From Chrysomallon squamiferum (taxonomy: Eukaryota; Animalia; Mollusca), in assembly GCA_012295275.1 (NCBI GenBank), contig CM022676.1, positions 16,492,001 to 16,556,000 on the forward strand: DNA of 64,000 nucleotides, given 5' to 3'. The notes under the pieces were generated by a model. That model had not been told where the DNA came from, ran no database searches, and saw only the letters and a list, made by a program, of their open reading frames with translations. Positions within the stretch are counted from its first letter, which is position 1, and each line of letters begins with the position of its first letter. Made by a program: the position numbers and the translations under genes. Of this stretch, positions 54,432 to 64,000 are shown in pieces.

Positions 54432-57400
54432 GTATGTCAGTATTATTTTTGTTTTGTTTTATTAATATACGTAATAAGAGTGAACTACTTAATAATAATG
54501 GCACAAAAAGTTGCATTCACATGGATAATTATCGGATAAATCGAATTTCTTTTATACTATCCATTTTATTTAAGTCTCGGAAACATAGAATTATGTTCTG
54601 AAATGAGAATTATGTTCTGGCCTGAGTAATGGCTTAAACTGCATCAACAAAATATTCACTGACAAACTTTCATATAAAGGATGTTATTGCTTTAGTGATA
54701 AATGTATTTCGTTACTATCATTGACCCTCGAATTTTGACATTGTCATAAAAACGTTTCAGACCTGATATCTGGTAATCAGGTAGTCCTTTTGGATGAAAC
54801 GATTTCATTCGAAAGCTAAGTTGATAGGGTTTCCAAATGCGCCGTTATTTCCTTAATACGTACAACTAAACTTTGGAACCCTTTTCACCTTTTGTTTGAC
54901 ATTACATTTGAGTTTGTTACCATGAGATCTTGAAATGACCACATAATATAGAAATTACAGAATCTATAACATTTTGAGCTCAGTAGTGAAATATACGCAA
55001 CAGAGATGTGCAGAAACTTTTTAATGATTTTATATACACACATGTCTTGAGGTTAAACTATTCCTGGATACAGTTTTTTGTTATTTTATTGCATTGTTAT
55101 GTTACGGCTAAAATATAATGTGGCGAAGTTAAAATTGTATTCTTACTTTACTTGGGGAATTTGACCTGGAATGAAACTCTGTCATATTTTATTACATTCT
55201 TTGTTGCTTACTCTTGAGAATATGATGTCTACTCCTCTAACTTCACCTTCCTTATTAAATTACCCCGACATAGAACAAAAAAATAAGAACCAAAGAAAAT
55301 AAATACAAATAAAAATGCCATTTACAACCAAATAAATATGATGTGATACCGAAGAACTGTGACTTACAAGGCAAATGACGAGCGGAAGATTTTAGTCAGC
55401 AAGAAAAATTAATCCAGGAGAAGTAGTATGGAACCTTGTTTTGCTATCTGTTATTACCTCTGTACTGTTCATAATTGATGTTGAGAAACTGCTGGGTGAT
55501 AAGCGATTAAGCAATTTGTGTTAGGAGATGGCCGCTATATAATCCACATTCCTCTTCATATAATCTCGCCGTATAATCTATGTTCATAATCTTGGTACAA
55601 AATTATGGTGAATTTCATGTGAATAAGAGAGATAAAATCAAACTTTGAAAACCTGGCATAAATACTTTGGCTCTTTCATTCCGCATTGGTTCTTTTTTTT
55701 CTTTGTTTTTTTATTTCTGTTTTTCTTCGGGAGGAATAGAAAATATACAGGCAACAAGGAAAACTGTTTTTGAAAATAATACACCTTGTCGAGAAAAGTG
55801 GGTACTTGCAGAGCCCGTGGTTACCTTCGATCTACTCAGAGGTCTCTGCGGAGAACCACTGAAACTTTGGTCATAAGTAATGAGTTTGACTCTGAGATTT
55901 AGTAATATTGTATTCTTATTTGTCTTCATGCTGTAATTATGCAGTATAGTCTGTGTTTCTAACTGTCTATATGTTTAATACACTCGACTTAAAATTTATA
56001 CTAAATAATTATTTTGATTCTCCGGTTATCAGTTTTGTCATTAAACAGGTTTCAGATCAATGCTTCTGTATTTTGGTTTATTTTGTTTTGTGTAATTATA
56101 AATGTATTTCGTAGATAATATATCTCTTTGTACTGTTTGTTACTGTGCTGCTTATCTAATGGTTGAAGGTGGCATTATCGGTGATAGATATTATTAGTTG
56201 TATATTATTACGTTTTAGAATGTCGTTTTATTTATTTTTCTTTTTTTTTCAGTTTTAATTATTATTATTATTACTTCTGGTCCACAATGTTTCTGACTGT
56301 GCATATTAAATTAAACAGCTGTAGAATAATAGAAAATTTCAAAAAATACAAAATACAACAGCACCAAACAATTTAGCAGTACCCTTAACAAGTCGACCCC
56401 GGTAAAGTAACACATGACAACCGAAGAACCGTGACTTATAAGATATGTGTCTTCAGTCACGTTTTCAGGAGCAGACGATGCTTTTGTTAACGAGATTATT
56501 ACACTGAAACAAAATAAACAGAAAGTTTTCATTTGGAAAGTGTTCAACGACAATACAACGGTTTTTCATAATTATAATTATACGACGTATTTACTATTAT
56601 TATTTTCTTTTTTAATTATTATTGTTTTTGCTGTGGTCCTTGATGGTGATACAAAAGTACTTGAAGCAAGCATTTCTCATTTGAAAATTGGGTATCTATA
56701 TTATTATTGTTATTATTATTATTATTATTATTATTTTTTTTTTTTTTTTTTTCAGTTTGGGCTTTTGGACGCTAAGGCATGTTTGTATTTTCTTGATTAT
56801 CTCTATTTTAATATAGTTTGTGATATGTTGTAGTCTGTTGTTTGTTGTTTCAGTGGAACGATACATTCCTGTTAAGTGTGAGTTACCCCTGTACTCTGTA
56901 ACTTAGTTTGTTTGTGATAGTGTTTGTTAACGTCCAGCACAGACAGCAGTTTGTAATAAACTATTTACACACATTTAGCTGTTGCAGTATAAGTAATGAA
57001 CTGTTGTTGTCTGACCTAAATAACAAACATTAAGTTGATAAAAAAATCATCTCTATTCTGCCCGAATCGCTGCCATTAAAACGTGAACAGTCGATAGCAT
57101 AAATAATATTTAAAATAGTTTTCCAAGTGGACGTAAATAAAACTGTGCTTCATATTCTTGAATAATTGTGATTGTCTCTAGAAAAGGACCAGTATGCATT
57201 ATTATTATTATGTTATTTATCTTCTGAGTATGTAGACAAATGCAAATAATTTGTACTGATTATGTCTGTGCTTATGCGCAGATTATCAACAATACATTTT
57301 TCAGATCGTCGTACAATACACCCGGTATACCTTTCTTGTCTCGTCATACACTATTTTTAATCTGACCTATATAACAAACAAACACACACTCGCTATACTG

Positions 57401-57518
57401 GTTACGCGAGTATCATTTGAGTAATTTGTGTTAGGAGTTTAAATCAGTTTCAGATGAATGACTCTGTATTTTACTGCTAGAAATCAGACGCCGAATTATA
57501 TATATATATATATATATA

Positions 57519-58051
57519 CAGGGTGTCCCAAAAGTAACCGAACCGCAAACCTAAATAAAAATAGATATTAAAAATAACAAATTGAATCTGTATATTTAGT
57601 ATTTACAAATGTTCAAAATGTCTTCCTTGAACTTCAATACACTCAGGACACCTTTTGACAACACTGCAACATACTTTTTGGCAAGCTTCCACTGACATAT
57701 GGTTCCATTAGTGCTGAATACTTTGTTGATGAATTGTCCTAGGTTTACTAGCATAAACTGCGTTTTTTAGAACTACCCAAAGAAAGAAATCAGGTGGTGT
57801 CAGATCCGGGGATCTAGCAGGCCATTCGATTGGTCCCCGGCGTGAACAGTATTAAAAGACCACGTCTTAAACATCTGCGTCGTCCCGGTAAAACAAGTCT
57901 CGATCACAAACAACACTACAATCAACTACTACTGACAGAAGTAAATGAATAGTACAAAAGATAACATAAAATGACATAAAAGATGGAATTAAATTTGTTG
58001 TTTAAAATATCTAATTTTATATAAGTTTGCGGTTCGGTTACTTTTCGGACA
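57519..58051 (-). mobile_element. Internally deleted Tc1/mariner-superfamily DNA transposon
   Basis: TIR CAGGGTGTCCCAAAAGTAACCGAACCGCAAAC next to a (TA)n tract; reverse complement GTTTGCGGTTCGGTTACTTTTCGGACA at about 58025-58051; minus-strand RRGPIEWPARSPDLTPPDFFLWVVLKNAVY...GRHFEHL* at about 57603-57842. Confidence 0.9.
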
Positions 58052-58613
58052 TTACTTCCAAGCTACTTCGTCATTGATACATACATATGATTAAAAAGAC
58101 AAAAATAAACAAAATAATAATTAAAATAAGTATTTAGAATCTGCTAGTTGTAGAATAAATGCGTAGATTGCACACAAAATATTCTGTTGCGTTTCAATTC
58201 ATCGATAAATTATAAATATATAATAAAAAATAAAAATAATAATAAAATTAATATAACAAAAATAATTAAAATAGGCGTGTAGAATGTTGTCGGTGTAGAT
58301 CATAAGTCAAAGTACTACGCATGTAGCTATCGTGGTAGCAGTACTGAGCTGTTGCTGTCTGATCTAAATAACAAATATTCACTTTTTAGAAAATGCACTG
58401 AATGAAAACGAGCTATTAAGACGTAAGCTGTTCACAGCCAGCAGAACACATTATTTTCACATAAAATATAATTATTTTCTCTGCGTGTGTATCTATCTAC
58501 CTATAAAAACATAATTTAGATTCTTAATGACTGTGATTATTATTGCATTGTTTCTTCTTCTTCTTCTCCTTCTTCTTCTTCGTCGTCTTCTTCTTCTTCT
58601 TCTTCTTCTTCTT

Positions 58614-58675
<62 letters not shown>

Positions 58676-60685
58676 GTAAGCATAGGGAATCCTGAGAGTA
58701 AAGGTTTGCTATTTAATTTTCTGAGATATTTGTTACCCTGTCTCTGTTTACAATTTCCATTTGCTATGGATCTAATTCACAACATTTGAATACGGAATAT
58801 ATTTCACTAGTGTCGATAAACGATGTTCGGACCTGCGTATTAATAACTGAAGAAGAAGAAGAAGATAACGTTCGGTATCCTGGTTACCGTGTATGATTTG
58901 AGTACGATTACATGTACAGGGATATATTTGTAAAACGAAAACAGCATTACAAAATTATCTTCACGTATGCTATAACGATCTATAGAATAAAATAATAATT
59001 ACAAACAAACAAGCATACAACAACTGGATAATAATTAACATTAATCTACAATGATTGTATGTATAGAATCATTCGAAACCGCAAAGTACGAAACGGACTA
59101 TTTTCCGCTCGAAATATCATAAAATATTTATAATTCTCGTCAGTTGGTGTTCAGCACTGAAAAACCGTCGTTATATTTTAACATATTTAACATCTGAGCG
59201 TCCACCCTTTTGTTAAATATCAAACAGTCATATCTAAATAGCATCCTTTGTCTTCTCGTTTATGAATTGTAAAATGTTCGTACCAAGATATAATCCTTCA
59301 ATGTGCACAGTCGGTTTAAGTTAGCTGTTCGGTTACAAAATGCTTGTATTATTATATTTGTCTCTTTGCCTGTTTATGAATTGTCAAGCAGTTACATCTA
59401 GAATCATTCTACAGTGTGTACTTCTGGATTCAGTTAGCTTTCCGATTATAAGATTAAGCTTAGTCAGTCAGAATGTAATGTATACAAAAACAGGAATCAA
59501 GATAAATATTAAGTCATTGTGTCTGATAGAGGCAAAATGATTTGTTCAGTTTTTAAATATGTACTTTTTGTAACTACAGTGGTTTAATATATATAATGTT
59601 TATCACAATACAAATTGGGTTACACATATTGGATTTGAGCATTCAGCAAACAAAATTTGGCGATCTAAAGAGGTTTAAATCAAGAGATTAAATTTATCAG
59701 GAACAGTGAATGCTACTTGGAATGCATAATAGGGAGACTTGAGTTTAAATAAAGTGTGAACATCAATGAACGCAATTAATAACATGAACTGAGAGAGAAA
59801 ACATTTTAAAAATTCAATTGATTGTAGAAGAAAAAATATAAACATTAAAATAATTTAAAAATAACGACAAAATATATTAAAGCATAAAAGTAAAAGAAAA
59901 AACTGTTTACAGCAATCTGTCTGCGGATAGATATCAATTCCTAATCTCAAAATGTCGACGAAATTTTTACTTAAACTGACGAAGTGACTGATAGAAAATA
60001 CAAGTGAAACAAGATGAAAATCATAACGAATGAACCCATAACGAGAATCGAGTGATAAATTTAGATATACCAGATTTTTGTAATTATTGATTGATGCATT
60101 TATTTAGTTATTATAAGGTATTCACACTGATAATTTGAGTTTGCGTGTCATATGTATGGCAGAGCAATTTTTAAGTTAACGATCGTTAAAAATAACGAAT
60201 TATGAAATCAAAATTTTTCGGTTTAAATAATATTATTAATTTCATTATTTTGATCTTTGCTTAAAACTCGTGTTTTTAAATACTTTTTTACTGGTTGATG
60301 ACAACACTTCCTGGTTCACAAGTACGATCAATGTTCGGCTTAATGGACGATATTACGTGTTAAGTTATTATTGTTCAGCTCTTCCGCTGGGTATAGGCGG
60401 CTAAACGGAACCAAATAGTAGAAGGACACGTTAGCTATATTTTATTACATCACAAATTTGATAATTTACTTTAATAATTACTATAATAATGCTTATAAAC
60501 ATTAGTCACATGCACACATGCTTATTAATACGTGCATACATGATTATTTAAACGCATACATATATATATATATATATATACACATATGTACAAACATGTA
60601 TATATACACACATACGCATAAGTATCCATTTTAGTTAAAAGCAAATCGTTGTAGAAAAAAATATGTATTTGTGTTCATCTGTGTA

Positions 60686-60733
<48 letters not shown>

Positions 60734-61692
60734 TTGTGTGTATGCACATACACGTTTTTGATTATACCTATGGAGAAAAAGGTAAATACTCTGAATATAT
60801 TTTGCCTGCTACCGAATTGTTTTATTTTATTTTGTCTGATCCACTATTAGGACAGGTCCACGGTATCAGAATTCAGAAGGTTTAATCTAAAAAAAATACC
60901 AGAGATATATGTGGTTTGATGGGTAATATGAAATGTGTGTATGAAGGATGTAACACCAAATGGACATGAGAAAAAAAAATAACCTTATTTCCAAAGTGTC
61001 TACAATTTTTGGGATGGTCAAATAAACATGTACTATTTCCATAAAAAAGCAATTAATTAATTGTTTAATGGTTAATATATGTTGGTAACAGCTTCGGAAT
61101 GTGCCTGTGTTGGTAAATCACCAATAACATGATTGTTCGATAGTTACAAATTAAAAATGTGTCTGTGTACAATATTCAAGACATTAAAGATATTTATTCG
61201 CTGAAAAAGTATTAGAATTTGTTACTCAATCAGTACAGAAGTTCAGAACAGAATATCTGTATTAAAACACACGGACATACGAACCGTTGTTCACAGAATC
61301 AGATACACACAAACAGAACCACAGAAATACACGCTCCCGTGCAATCACATTTAGACATGTTCATTGAGGTATATACGTATCTCAAATATACATAATGACA
61401 AACGATTTGAAATAAATAAATACAGATAGACAGATAAATCAAGATGAATAGAAAGACAAGTGGACAAACTATACAAATAAAGGTTTTCTTCAGTGTTCTT
61501 GATTACAATAATTTGTTTTACCTCATCTGTGTCATACGTTCCATTCCAACTACTAAGAACAAAGATGCGTACGATTACGAAATAAACTTCGTCAGTCAAC
61601 TTGTCATGTATATAAGGCTAGGAACAAGCATCTGAATTAAAGTAGTTGTGTTTGTTGGAGACAGACTGATGTGGTCAGTTTTTGATTAAGAA

Positions 61693-61740
61693 ATGTCTTT
61701 CTTTCCAAAAGCATGGATTTATTTACTGCAGTCATTTCAC
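61693..61740 (+). pseudogene. Disabled leader exon upstream of gene C (48 nt, 10 nt shorter than intact leaders), counterpart of L4
   Basis: gaaATGTCTTTCTTTCCAAAAGCATGGATTTATTTACTGCAGTCATTTCAC|gtatgt; flanks match 17250-18250. Confidence 0.65.
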
Positions 61741-64000
61741 GTATGTCATATTATTTGTATGTATATAGTTATAAAGAAAGAAATAATCGATAGTTATAAT
61801 GATAATTAAAATTGTGTATCAGTGAGGTATGGAAATATGAGGATCGTGAATTGAAAAATGGATAAGTCTGCACTGACAAAAGATTCACAGCAGAAAGTAT
61901 GTTTGTTAGATGATATTGGTACAACAGGCTTAATAATATTCGCTCTCGAATGTTGAGATTTTGGCGCAATGGGCATAACTGCGACTATTTTTAGATTGAT
62001 ACATTTTGATGAAAATGTTTTATTGGAAGGATAATTTGGTAAGGAGTCCAAATGAGCCACTAGGCGGTAGGAACTACATTTTGGAATATTTTTACCTTTT
62101 GCTCGACCTTGAAATGACTTCAATTGAAAATTAAAGTTCAAAGTGTTACCTACAACGCAAAATGTAATATTTTGAGTTTAATTGTGAAATGCACTTAAAA
62201 TGAACATGCTGACCACACAATGTCTATTTTCACACTTTTAGAGATTAAATAATACAAAAAAGCACCAGGTTGCAATATTTTTAAAAAACTAAGATTATCA
62301 AACTATAGATTTTAATTATTTTTTTTTTTTTTTAATTTTTTTTTTTTGTGTGTGTGGGGTATATATATATATAAACCGGTAAGAAAGAACCAACTAGAGG
62401 ACTAGATGTAATAATCTCAAGAATAACAAAAAATTCAGCACAGAAATAATAAAATATATGTGTATGTATATGTTCTCTTGTTGTATCGTTCTTACTGGTT
62501 TCTGGTAGTACAAATTAAATTACACAGCCACAGAATAAAAGAAAATTTAAAAAATTACAAAATACAATAACATCAAACAATTAAGCAGTATCAGTTTGTT
62601 TATTTACCCGTAACAAGTTGCACGGCTTCTTTAAACTCTTTATCTTAATTTGACCCCTGTAAAGTGACACCTGATAACTTAAGAACCGTGACTTGCAAGT
62701 TATGTGACTTCGATCACGTTCTCAAGAACAAACGAATACAAAACAACTTCAAACAGAAAGTTTTCATTTATAAAGTGTTCAACGACGATAAATGATGTTG
62801 AGTAATGTCTAATAATAACTGAAGATGAATATGAAAATAACACTTAAATATTTTGTATTTAATAATTACTATTGACATCCGTATAGACATTCATATTCAC
62901 ACGTCAAATTTTTTAATGACATTGTCTTCACGAAAGAGCGTGGCAAGCAATAGTCTATTATTATTTTGATAGGCTGTAATGTGCAGTTAACTTGTGTCAA
63001 TAACTTTAATTATAAATAAAATTTTAACTTCTTATTGTGTCTCCGGTGCAGATTCTTATTTTGTCTTGGTTCACCATATAACCTTACTCGTATCATTAAT
63101 CAAAATTACTTAAACATATGCTTTATGATTGTGTACTGTGTACATATCAAGACACCTGCATATCATAATTAAATAATTAACGTGAAAATTAACTTGCGTT
63201 GTGTTTATTTCTCTAGTGGGTAGATATACTTATTGATTTATATAAGTTGCTGACAATTTAGCGTTTGTATTCCTTGTTAAATCATCATGTTATCTTAGAC
63301 TGAACCTTAATAAAACATCCAAGGTGTTTAAAAGTGTGATTCCTGTCTCAACATGCATGCATATATATATATATATATGCATAAACATACAAATATATAT
63401 ATATAGTATTTTGTCCGTTAATTTAAAAAAAAAGGTTTAGCTAATTTGAATTTATTTTGAATTTTAAATATTCAGTGTGACGTGTTGTATGACCGTGTTG
63501 ATATTGTGTGATTAAAACGTTTCAGTGTTTCACTTCCAGGTCTTGCGCTGTTTTTGTATGTGATACAAAATTCGGCTTTATCATTTTTATATATATATTG
63601 TTTTTATTTATCTAAATTTAAGACCTCTTTACGTTTCCAGTCTGAAACTGATCCTAACTGAGTCACTGAAAAGTTTAATTTTCAACTGAACTGTTTGTTT
63701 CCAGCTGCTGCTGATTAAACTGAGATCGCTTGTCAGTGAAGAGATATTTTAGAGTATAAAAAAAAACAAAAAAACATGTCTTAGTTAAAATGCTTTATAT
63801 TCTGTGTTTATTCAAGCAGTGGTAAAGCTAAAATTAAATAATAAACACATTAATAACTTTTAATTAGTGCACATCTAAAGTTGAATTGTGTGGTCCTGTT
63901 AATCATTAGAATTGTCAATTATGCATAATATTTATTCTTAAAAAAAAAAATAAAAATAAAACAAAAAAAAAAGACTTTTATTTCTATCATATAAAAATTA

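Larger units (their letters stand above)
41000..64000. repeat. Segmental (tandem gene) duplication paralogous to about 950-22700
   Basis: Offsets are 40071 at the TM exon and about 41260 at 22261/63519. Further blocks: 4660-5140/44505-45060, 14380-15620/59350-60510, 16680-18250/60790-62260, 18270-19020/56420-57210 (locally reordered). Confidence 0.85.

Overview
AT-rich, microsatellite-laden, intron-containing animal genomic DNA (invertebrate; a mollusc/lophotrochozoan is my guess and cannot be proven from the window). Most listed ORFs are spurious. Manual splicing shows a head-to-tail array of cell-surface receptor genes on the + strand with a period of about 40-41 kb. (A) The 3' end of one paralog: TM exon plus 3 cytoplasmic exons, 1135-3636. 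(B) One complete in-frame gene of about 1035 aa: signal peptide - 7 group-A SRCR domains (2 exons each) - Ig - FN3 - TM - short Tyr-motif tail, from 9771 or 12690 to 43933. (C) The upstream/leader region of a third copy whose body should start just past the window end. Notable points: multiple duplicated promoter plus signal-peptide exon modules; SRCR expansion from 4 to 7 by unequal crossover; an almost purely nonsynonymous burst of changes between SRCR1 and SRCR4; paralog-specific loss of cytoplasmic tyrosine motifs, including a GAA/TAA stop inside an ITAM-like pair; and an orphan half-Ig exon. Decayed LINE, Gypsy LTR, Tc1/mariner and hAT-like remnants are interspersed. All counts and alignments were made by eye, and no database search was run.
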